A stretch of 64,000 bases of DNA. Source: Octopus vulgaris. Lineage: Eukaryota. Positions 54,020 through 64,000 of the stretch are shown piece after piece (the stretch's first letter is position 1; each line of letters opens with the position of its first letter). The notes under the pieces are model-generated. The model saw only the letters and a program-made list of their open reading frames with translations, did no database searches and had not been told where the DNA came from. The stretch is from the NCBI GenBank assembly GCA_951406725.2, contig OX597818.1:127534001-127598000 (forward strand), in the 5' to 3' direction. The position numbers and the translations under genes were made by a program.

Positions 54020-54044
54020 ATTATCATCATCATCATCATCATCA

Positions 54045-54075
<31 letters not shown>

Positions 54076-54092
54076 CATCATCATCATCATCA

Positions 54093-54152
<60 letters not shown>

Positions 54153-54154
<2 letters not shown>

Positions 54155-54380
54155 TCTACTCTAGGTATAAGGCATTGAAAATTTGGGGGGGAAGGGAGCT
54201 AGTCGATTACATCGACCCCAGAGCATAACTGGTACTTATTTCATCGACCTTATTTAATCGACCCCGAAAGGATGAAAGGCAAAGTCGACCTCGGTGGAAT
54301 TTGAACTCAGACCGTAGCGGCAGACGAAATACTGCCAAGCATTTCGCCCGGCATGCTAGCAATTCTGCCAGCTCGCCACC

Positions 54381-54382
<2 letters not shown>
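54153..54382 (-). mobile_element. SINE family A, older subfamily, between TAA-type arrays
   Basis: Full head, core and tail; a second partial copy lies at ~54605-54760. Confidence 0.8.
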
Positions 54383-54477
<95 letters not shown>

Positions 54478-54545
54478 TGATGATAATAATAATAGTAATA
54501 ATAATAATAATAGTAATAATAATAATGATGAAGATAATAATAATG

Positions 54546-54595
<50 letters not shown>

Positions 54596-55443
54596 TATAA
54601 TAATGGTTTCAAATTTTTGGCACGTAGCCAGCAGTTTTTGTGAGGAAGGGGAAAATGGATTTCATCGACCCCAATACTTGACTGGTACTTATTTCATTGA
54701 CCCCCCCCCCCCCAAAAAAAAAAAAGGATGGAAAACAAAGTCGACCTCTGCGAAATTTGAATGATGATGATGATAAACAAAGAAAAACGAAATGCACAAA
54801 GAAAAATGAGTGAAAAAGTATAGAAAGAACAATATAACAAAATAAATTAAATGAAAGAAATAAAAATTTAAAAAAAAAAAAAATAGAAGAATGAAGTAAA
54901 AGCAAAAAGGAAAAACTTAAGTAATCCAATAATTCCGTGACAATATTGTTACAAGAAAAAAAAATATGAGAAAAAGTTTAACAAACAAATAATAACAGAA
55001 GGGCGGGAAGGAGAAAGAAAGAAAGAAAGAAAGAACGAAGTGGCGTCATAGAGAAAGAACGGGAAGGAGACGGGGAAGAGAGTGAGGAGGGAGAAGTAAG
55101 AGGTGTAACATCGGTGACCTGTTATTAAGGTGCCTACGTGGGAGTTAAGCCAGTTGACGTCGGCATAAGATATATCAAATCTATTGAACCGCGGATTTGA
55201 ACCGCTGTGTTTGCTGAATGCGTTTGACGTCACAAATGACGTGGTAGCGATCAATATTATTGACAGGGATTTACTGGCACAATAAAATCTTATCCAGCAC
55301 CGATTGATCGTTTGTACAGAGAAAATAATGTGTGTGTGTGTGTGTGTGGTGGGAGTGGGGGCGAGTAAACACACCCTAAAACCACTTATATTTCGCGCTA
55401 TTACCTATAGATAAATACATATATACACACAGAATGACAGAGA

Positions 55444-55514
<71 letters not shown>

Positions 55515-56126
55515 TGTTTCTTTATTAGCCACACAGGGCTGCACACAGACAGGACAAAATTACAAGGTAGAGCTTTTCTTTTGGGGGTAAAAGAAGGGGG
55601 TTTGGTTTTCGATCAAAAGGGATCGTAAATGGAAAGAAAGAGGACAAAAAAGGGGAGGGATAAAAAACTTTTAAGGGGGGGATTGGATCAATAGGGATCG
55701 TTATCACAGAAATGTCAATATGAAGTGTAAAGGGGAGGACAGGTGAGGTTTACCCGTGGAAAGAAACCTACAGAAAAGACCACGGTAACCTCGGTCAATG
55801 AAGTCACATGTTATATTTCTTTTTTTTTTTTGGAAATAAGCAACTCTCTGTATTAATTTTTACGGTTCATAGAATCATAGTCAAGGTGGCTTCGTCATTC
55901 ATACGTGCCATCCTTGCTACTACATTCACCCATCTTTTTTTAAAACATTCACTAGACAAAACTTGCCTCTCTACTCTCACTTTCCTCTTCAAGTTATACT
56001 TGAAGAAGTTGATGAGAGATTGACCAGAGAGGAAAGTGTTTGTCTCTAATCCTTTCAGGCGCGTCCACCAGATACATTCTTTCGCCATAGCCACAAGTAT
56101 GATAAAAATAGCTCTTCCATCCCGTT

Positions 56127-56127
<1 letters not shown>
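55515..56127 (-). mobile_element. Tx1/L1-clade LINE 3' fragment in (GATA)n
   Basis: [56 protein letters not shown]. Ends AATAAAGAAACA(TATC)n. Confidence 0.8.
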
Positions 56128-56198
<71 letters not shown>

Positions 56199-56203
56199 TA
56201 GAC

Positions 56204-56272
<69 letters not shown>

Positions 56273-56933
56273 TGTTTCTTTATTAGCCACACAGGGCTGC
56301 ACACAGATAGAACAAATTACAAGGTAGAGCTTTTCTTTTGAAGGTTTAAAAAAAAAAAAAAAAGTAAGGGGGGAGTTTCGATCAAAAGGGATCGTAAAAG
56401 GAGAGAAAGAGGACAAAAAAGGGGGTTAAAGAAAAAGGGGGAGAGGGAAAAAAAAATTTGATCAATAGGGATCGTTATCACAGAAATGTCATTATGAAGT
56501 GTAAAGGGGAGGACAGGTGAGGTTTACCCGTGGAAAGAAAAGCCTACGGAAAAGACCACGGTAACCTCGGTCAATGGAGTCACATGTTATATTTCTTTTT
56601 TTTTTTTTTTTTTTTGCGAATAAGCAACTCTCTGTTTTCAATTTTCATAGGATTATGCTCAAGGTGGCTTCGTCATTCATACGTGCCATCCTTGCTACTA
56701 CATTCACCCATCTTTTTTTAAAACATTCACTAGACAAAACTTGCCTCTCTACTCTCACTTTCCTTTTCAAGTGGTACTTGAAGAAGTTGATGAGAGATTG
56801 ACCAGAGAGGAAAGTGTTTGTCTCCAATCCTTTCAGACGCGTCCACCAGATACATTCTTTCGCCATAGCCACAAGGATGATGAAAATAGCTCTTCCTTCC
56901 CGTTTGAAGGAAGGAGGCGTGACAATATTGACG
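56273..56933 (-). mobile_element. Second Tx1/L1-clade 3' fragment of the same family in (GATA)n
   Basis: Similar to 55515-56127 but with several substitutions and indels and a 5' end ~28 bp longer. (GATA/GACA)n on both sides. Confidence 0.8.
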
Positions 56934-57024
<91 letters not shown>

Positions 57025-57045
57025 CAGACACACAGACAGACAGAC

Positions 57046-57104
<59 letters not shown>

Positions 57105-57109
57105 CAGAC

Positions 57110-57196
<87 letters not shown>

Positions 57197-57299
57197 TACA
57201 TACATACATACAGTTTTGAAGCTCGATCTCGAAGCGCATATAAATCTATAACTAATAGGAGGTAAAATAGGGAGTTATTTTTAGCTTTATATTCTTTGT

Positions 57300-57536
57300 G
57301 AAAGCACATGGCTTAGGGGTTAGGGTATTCGGCTCACTATCATAAGTTTGTAAGTTCAATTCCCGGCGACACATTGTGTCCTTGAGCAAGACACTTTATT
57401 TAACGATGTTCCAGTCCACTCACCTGGCAAAAATGAGTAGTTCCTGTATTTCAAAAGGGCCAGCCTTTTCTCACCCTGTGTCATGCTGAATCTCCCTCAG
57501 ATCTACGTTTAAAGGTACACGTGTCCGTGAAGTGCA
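57300..57536 (+). mobile_element. SINE family D head and core with a third tail type
   Basis: tggcttaggggttagg..gttcaattcc, then ttgtgtccttgagcaagacact..ccagtccactca.ctggcaaaaatgagta. Confidence 0.7.
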
Positions 57537-57645
57537 GGCTGTGCCGTTGACGAAGTGTCAGTTTTATGTACTTACAGATCCAACTCAAAAAAAAAAAATT
57601 ATTTCATGTTATCTCGAAAGTTTATGACTTTTAAACATGTCAACA

Positions 57646-57705
<60 letters not shown>

Positions 57706-57849
57706 AGGGAACATGCATATGTGCCCAATATTTTAAGGAACTTGTTAAACTTTTTTATGTCCTTAACATGTCCTTGTTACCAAAGACTGTATATATGTAA
57801 CGTAGCAATTTGTAACAACCAATAATTAACGCAACCAAACTTCTACATG

Positions 57850-57894
57850 TTACTTTTGACATTCTTTTTCCAAAGAGTGAAACCGGTAAAGTAA
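57850..57894 (+). ncRNA. Hammerhead motif paralogous to 584-629 (probably inactive, A9U)
   Basis: TTACTT-TTGACAT-TCTTTTTCCAAAGAGT-GAAACCGGTA-AAGTAA. Confidence 0.5.
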
Positions 57895-57974
57895 ATAAAC
57901 ATCTATTAAATTGCATTTTCAAACCTTCTTTCGTATATAATTCCACTCGTGCGGTACCCTACAACTCCACTTTG

Positions 57975-58027
<53 letters not shown>

Positions 58028-58367
58028 AGAGAGAATTGGTCGCTTACGTTTCTGGTGTTTTGTTAAATTTTCTAGAGAACAATTCTTAGTGGTTAAGACC
58101 GTAGCGGATCTTCTTCTAGCATAAGGGTTTCCACAGAGTGAAAAAATTCTCCCTTATATTTATATATGTAATACTATTTACTGAACCTCAGTTTTTTATA
58201 TGCAAATTCCAGTGAAGGAGCCTTGGATCTAGGTTAGAAACCGACACTTTCTCTATTGGCAAGAAATCTTGAAATAAAACTGAACAATGACATATATACA
58301 TACATACATACATACATACATAAACACACACATACTTACAAGGGATATGTAACACACTGCCTAAGTA

Positions 58368-58560
58368 CAGTAATCTCTTGACTATCGCAGGTGTTACATT
58401 CCAAAACCTCCCAAAAATATAATTAAAATCTAAAAAAATATAAATACCTGTCGGCCGCAGAAAACCATGATATACAGAGGAGTCCGCGATATAAATTTAC
58501 ATATGTTAGCCAGAAAAATCCGTGATGTACTGAGTGCGCGATAGATGAACCGCGATATAT
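58368..58560. mobile_element. pogo/Tigger-like MITE, right end truncated
   Basis: TA plus CAGTAATCTCTTGACTATCGC at the left; cgcgatagatgaaccgcgatat at the right, as at 23705-23730. Confidence 0.55.
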
Positions 58561-58562
58561 GT

Positions 58563-58872
58563 CAAAACCAAAAGTGAAAAGCTGATTCGAAGACTACAGA
58601 TACAAACCATCAATGGAACTGTAAAAATCTCTAAAATTTTTGCAGAAGATCACCATTTAAGCATATATGCATAATCTAGACATACAACTACATGCATAAG
58701 AATACACATATAAAGCAAAACAAACAAACCTGACGTGCACTGACTCTAAATATTGCACATACACGCAAAAATACCCTGTTGATGTTGAAATTCTAATGAA
58801 GGTATCTTGGATCTAGGTTAGAAACCTGCTCTTTATTGGCAAGAAATTTTGAAATAAACTGAATAATGATAT
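58563..58872 (+). mobile_element. Possible RLE-type non-LTR retrotransposon 3' end
   Basis: KSEKLIRRLQIQTINGTVKISKIF resembles RLE C-termini. Its last ~85 bp recur at 58204-58292. Confidence 0.4.
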
Positions 58873-58874
58873 AC

Positions 58875-59039
58875 GGAGTGGCTGTGTGGTAAGTAGCTTG
58901 CTAACCAACCACATGGTTCCGGGTTCAGTCCCACTGCGTGGCATCCTGGGCAAGTGTCTTCTGCTATAGCCCCGGGCCGACCAATGCCTTGTGAGTGGAT
59001 TTGGTAGACGGAAACTGAAAGAAGCCTGTCGTATATATG

Positions 59040-59070
<31 letters not shown>

Positions 59071-59287
59071 GTGTTTGTGTGTCTGTGTTTGTCCCCCTAG
59101 CATTGCTTGACAACCGATGCTGGTGGGTTTACGTCCCCGTCACTTAGCGGTTCGGAAAAAAACCGATAGAATAAGTACTGGGCTTACAAAGAATAAGTCC
59201 CGGGGTCGAGTTGCTCGATTAAAGGCGGTGCTCCAGCATGGCCGCAGTCAACTGACTGAAACAAGTAAGAGAGTAAAGAGAGAGAGT
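58875..59287 (+). mobile_element. SINE family C, near full length
   Basis: High identity to 34018-34428. Confidence 0.88.
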
Positions 59288-59521
59288 ATATCAAGGATTC
59301 ACCACAATTTCTAGCAGAACAACCAGTGTATATGAATTATTTATAGTGATCAAATGATTGCGCTGTACATTAGCTCATTCCCGCCACACAGTTGCCGAAG
59401 TGATCACCGAACAACGTGAAATGAAGTGTTTTGCTCAAGAGCACAACGCACCGCGCAGTCCGAGAATCGAAACTGCGATCTTGAGATCGTGAGTGCAACA
59501 CACTAACTACCAAACCATGCA

Positions 59522-60088
59522 CACATACATACATACATACATACATACATACATACATACATACATACATACATGCATGCATGCATGCATGCATACATAC
59601 ATACATACATACATACATACATACATACATACATACATACATACATACATACATGCATGCATGCATGCATGCATTCATACATACATACATACATACATAC
59701 ATACATACATACATACATACATGCATGCATGCATGCATGCATACATACATACATACATACATACATACATACATGCATGCATGCATGCATGCATACATAC
59801 ATACATACATACATACATGCATGAATGCATGCATGCATGCATACATACATACATACATACATACATGCATGCATGCATGCATTCATACATACATACATAC
59901 ATACATACATACATACATACATACATACATACATGCATGCATGCATGCATGCATGCATACATACATACATACATACATACATACATACATACATGCATGC
60001 ATGCATGCATGCATACATACATACATACATACATACATACATACATACATACATACATACATACATACATACATACATACATACACAT
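59522..60088. repeat. (CATA)n array regularly interspersed with (TGCA)n blocks
   Basis: Read directly from the sequence. Confidence 0.95.
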
Positions 60089-61005
60089 GCATACATATGC
60101 ACATATATACGTACATAATTACGGAAATAGGAAACAGCTTTACTTCCAAACATTTCTATTAAAAACACAACTATGTTCAAGATTAATCGTTCTTTATTAA
60201 TGATTTTTTTCCTATTTTCTTACAAGTCCCTTTCATTTACTTTGTAACAATATCGTTCCTCAATCCACTGGTCGTCTGAGAATCTCATTTTCAAACTGAT
60301 GTTCGTTGCGTGCTGTTCGCACGTTCTGCGGTAAATCGCAAAAGATTTTGGAAATAATTGTATAACTGATAAAATCGTCGTCGGATTTCAAATTATATAA
60401 CAAGTTCTTGTAGGTGTCGTGATATTCTGATACATTTTTTTTTTCTTTTTTACAAGTGAGATATCTGTGAGTTTAATTTGGGTTTCTGTTTTGATATTTC
60501 TAATGCTTCTATATATATTTTTCTGATATTTTTGTGGAATTCTATATAAAGTTGTAATGCACCGAAAGCTCATATTTTACCATCTAGCTTTATTCCTTGT
60601 GAAGTATTGCAATGAATTACAATCGCTTCTTGTTGCAATAGCATAGTCAACCTACAACATAGTGTCGTATTTGTATGTTCGACGTAAAAGTTATTGTCAT
60701 GAAGTTCACAACAAAGCAGTTGTATATATTTCACAACAGATATTTGTATATATTTGCCGCTAAGTTGTGTTTGTAACACACTCACGGACACACAGACACA
60801 CACACAGAGGCACACAAACACACATACATACACATGCACATTTTTTACTTAAGGGTTTTGGTCGAACACATCAACCCCAGGACTTGTATTTTTAAGCCTG
60901 GTACTTATTCCATCGGTTCCTTTTGTCGAACCGACATATTACGAGAACGTAAACACACCAACACCGGTTGTCAAGTAGTGGTGGCAGAAAACACAGTCAC
61001 AAAGA

Positions 61006-61051
<46 letters not shown>

Positions 61052-61487
61052 CATGTGTGCGTGTGTGTTTGTCCCCCCCCACCCCCGCCACTGTTTGACA
61101 ACCAATGCTGGTGTGTTTACGTTCCCGTAACTTAGCGCTTCAGCAAAAGAGACCGATAGAATATGAACCAGGCTTTTAAAAATAAGTAAAAGATAAATAC
61201 TTAATGACAGACAGATCTGAGAGAAAAGAGCACTACAGTTCTCCACACAAAAAGAAAGAGACGAGATCACTCTAACTACGAGAAATTTAGGATCTATCAC
61301 TCGGTTTCCATAGCATATAAGTGACTAAGATCAGAACACCACCCCTGGACGGGACGCGATTTTTTTCCCACGAGATTACTGAACCCCAGTAATGAACTCA
61401 TTTGCATACAGCCAATCAGAGCTCACTTTGACCTTGTTGTCTAGTTAACAAAGGTTGGCATTCAAAATGACAACCTCCGACTGCCAT

Positions 61488-61881
61488 ACTCTTTTACTCT
61501 TTTACTTGTTTCAGTCATTTAACTGCGGCCATGCTGGAGCACCGCCTTTAGTTGAGCAAATCGACCCCAGGACTTATTCTTTGTAAGCCCAGTACTTATT
61601 CTATCGGTCTCTTTTGCCGAACCGCTAAGTGACGAGGACGTAAACACACCAGCATTGGTTGTCAAGCAATGCTAAGGGGACAAACACAGACACACATATA
61701 TATATATATACATATATACGACAGGCTTCTTTCAGTTTCCGTCTACCAAATCCACTCACAAGGCATTGGTCGGCCCGGGGCTATAGCAGAAGACACTTGC
61801 CCAAAATGCCACGCAGTGGGACTGAACCCGGAACCATGTGGTTGGTTAGCAAGCTACTTACCACACAGCCACTCCTGCGCC
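61488..61881 (-). mobile_element. SINE family C, full length
   Basis: Reverse complement of 34018-34428. Degenerate partial copies also at ~36878-37085, 60850-61000 and 61065-61195. Confidence 0.88.
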
Positions 61882-62316
61882 ATGCGAATCTTGTATTGTG
61901 TTTTCATTCAGATGCCAATATCATCGACATTGAACACATACGCTGACATTGTGCTGATCGTGACGACGACTGCATGGAGTCGAATGATCAGAAAAATGAA
62001 AATGATGGAGCTGACTGCAAGGATATGGAGATTTCAGATAGTGAACACGATGATGTGAAAAAATCCATGGCTAGAAAGTTTACACTTGCAACGCTCTCTT
62101 CAAAACCAATTTGATACACGGCAAAATTTTGATACACGCGGTTGCACATCAAAATCAAGTGCCGAGGATGGAAGTGACCCAATAATCAATGGGATAAACA
62201 AAGCTTTTCTTGCTTTACAACAAAGTTATGTTCAAGACAAAGAATTCCTTGGGGGACCAGTGAAAAATTTCACCAAGCAACTTCTGGAACTAACTTCTGG
62301 AACTGATATTGCATTA

Positions 62317-62548
62317 GCGGCGAGCTGGCAGAATCGTTAGCACGCCGGGCGAAATGCGTAGCCGTATTTCGTCTGCCGTTACGTTCTGAGTTCAAATTCC
62401 GCCAAGGTCAACTTTGCCTTTCATCCTTTCGGGGTCGATTAAATAAAGTACCAGTTACGCACTGGGGGTCGATGTAATCGACTTAATCCGTTTGTCTGTC
62501 CTTGTTTGTCCCCTCTATGTTTAGCCCCTTGTGGGTAATAAAGAAACA
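62317..62548 (+). mobile_element. SINE family A, young subfamily
   Basis: TSD GATATTGCATTAGC (62305-62318 / 62549-62562). Confidence 0.9.
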
Positions 62549-62730
62549 GATATTGCATTAGCTTCCGCGCTTCACTGCTTTGGTCGGTAATCTGGTGTGG
62601 CACATGCTCTTGCCAAGAAAAAACAAATATCTCTAGTGAGAATTTTTTTTTTTCTCACAAACGAAAATCTCTAGTCAGTGTGAAGACAATTGGTGTGCAA
62701 CCAACTGCAGCATCCAGGGTAAAAATGGTT

Positions 62731-62961
62731 GGCGGCGAGCTGGCAGAATTGTTAGCACGCCGGGCGAAATGCGTAGCCGTATTTCGTCTGCCGTTACGTT
62801 CTGAGTTCAAATTCCGCCGAGGTCGACTTTGCCTTTCATCCTTTCGGGGTCGATAAATTAAGTACTAGTTACGCACTGGGGTCAGTGTAATTGACTTGAT
62901 CCGTTTGTCTGTCCTTGTTTGTCCCCTCTGTGTTTAGCCCCTTGTGGGTAGTAAAGAAATA
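62731..62961 (+). mobile_element. SINE family A, young subfamily
   Basis: Full length, with short direct repeat GGTTGG at the ends. Confidence 0.88.
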
Positions 62962-63529
62962 GGTTGGTGGTGTGCAGAAACCGCATTGGTGCTGACAGAC
63001 CGTTGAAGGATTGTTTGAAATGTGTGAAAGGAAAGGTGCCGTTCAGCTCTCAGATTATGCCTAGACGCAAAACCCAACATAACTTTCGTGAATGTGTTAA
63101 AAACAACCAATCTCTTTGGTAAAACACACTCTACCAAGTAAACTGAAGACTAAGAACGGTGTTGTAAGTTGACCGATCGCCAAATTATGCCTGATTTTAG
63201 GAGACAAAGTAATTAGATAGATTTGCATTTATACCTATTATAGGATTTTTTTTAGGGCCCCATATGGTAAAGATGTGAATGGGTAAAATGTGAGTAGAGG
63301 ATGATGTGCTAGCAACCCTCTCCCCTTACTGTTTTATAAAGTAAGCAACAAAATAAATAACTACGCAGAGGCAGCTATGGTTGGAACAAGAACAAGAACA
63401 ACAAGCATTATTAAATGCGAAAAGAAGCATAGTCATTCCTTACCCAAATGACTTTATCTTATCGCCCATCACTTGTTATGCGCTCATAAATTAGTTTGAT
63501 AGTTGAGCTTTGATTGGCTGTATGCAAAT

Positions 63530-63735
63530 GAGTTCATAACTGGGGTCCGGAATTCTCGTGGAAAAAAAAACATTTCGCGGACGGGACGCGAGTCCGTCGC
63601 TGGGTTACTCACAACTGAACGGACTGGAGCAACGTGAAGTGTTTTACTCAAGAAATACAACTCACTACCCGGACCGGGAATCGAAAGCACGATCTTGAGA
63701 TCATGAGTATAATATCCAAACCACAAGGCAGGCGC
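63530..63735 (-). mobile_element. SINE family D, degenerate
   Basis: ggactggagcaacgtgaag..ccgggaatcgaaa, as at 15605-15680 and 59410-59520. Confidence 0.65.
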
Positions 63736-63947
63736 TTTCGCATCTACAGGAAATAGCGTCTAAAATATTTTTCCTTAAATCACACCCTACCTTCTTCAAA
63801 AAAAAAAGGGGGAAGAAATTGGGGGACATTAGATTTCTGTATACAAAATAATGTCTGGGAGGAAAGACGGTGTGATCACATCTAAAGCTCTTCCAAATCA
63901 CATGACTGCTCGATCGGATATTACCTTGGGCCAAACAACAACAGAAA

Positions 63948-63984
<37 letters not shown>

Positions 63985-64000
63985 AGAAACTCTTAATAAA

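Noticed and set aside
58204-58292. Hammerhead-like CCAGTGA/CTAATGA...GAAAC motif (also 58790-58870)
   Set aside because: The core is degenerate in both copies, and I could find no consistent stem I, stem III or NUH site.
61882-63290. Possible piggyBac relic (acidic peptide, Cys-rich pieces, gggtaaa end)
   Set aside because: No recognisable catalytic motifs and no paired TTAA/TIR ends.

Overview
This is AT-rich eukaryotic DNA, dense in microsatellites and with no recognisable host gene. The SINE families and repeat make-up suggest an octopus/coleoid cephalopod intron or intergenic region (inference, not database-checked). Almost all listed ORFs are translations of microsatellites. The real coding remnants belong to mobile elements: at least 8 R4/Dong-type RLE retrotransposon copies, nearly all in (TAA)n arrays and one with a 545-aa open RT-CCHC-RLE ORF; Tx1/L1-clade LINE pieces; CR1 and RTE 3' ends; several Tc1/mariner relics; hAT and pogo MITEs; two non-autonomous Helitrons; and many tRNA-derived SINEs from at least four modular families. 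Less obvious signals: (1) a set of Penelope-type type I hammerhead ribozyme motifs, including a ~165-bp inverted repeat with one hammerhead per arm, a U3-A8 compensatory-core variant and U4C variants; (2) SINE 3' tails that match the 3' ends of Tx1-like LINEs in the same window; (3) apparent partitioning of microsatellite types among retroelement clades (Dong in TAA, Penelope-like pieces and one SINE tail in TA, one Tx1 family in GATA). All alignments and folds were done by eye, and boundaries of degenerate elements are approximate.
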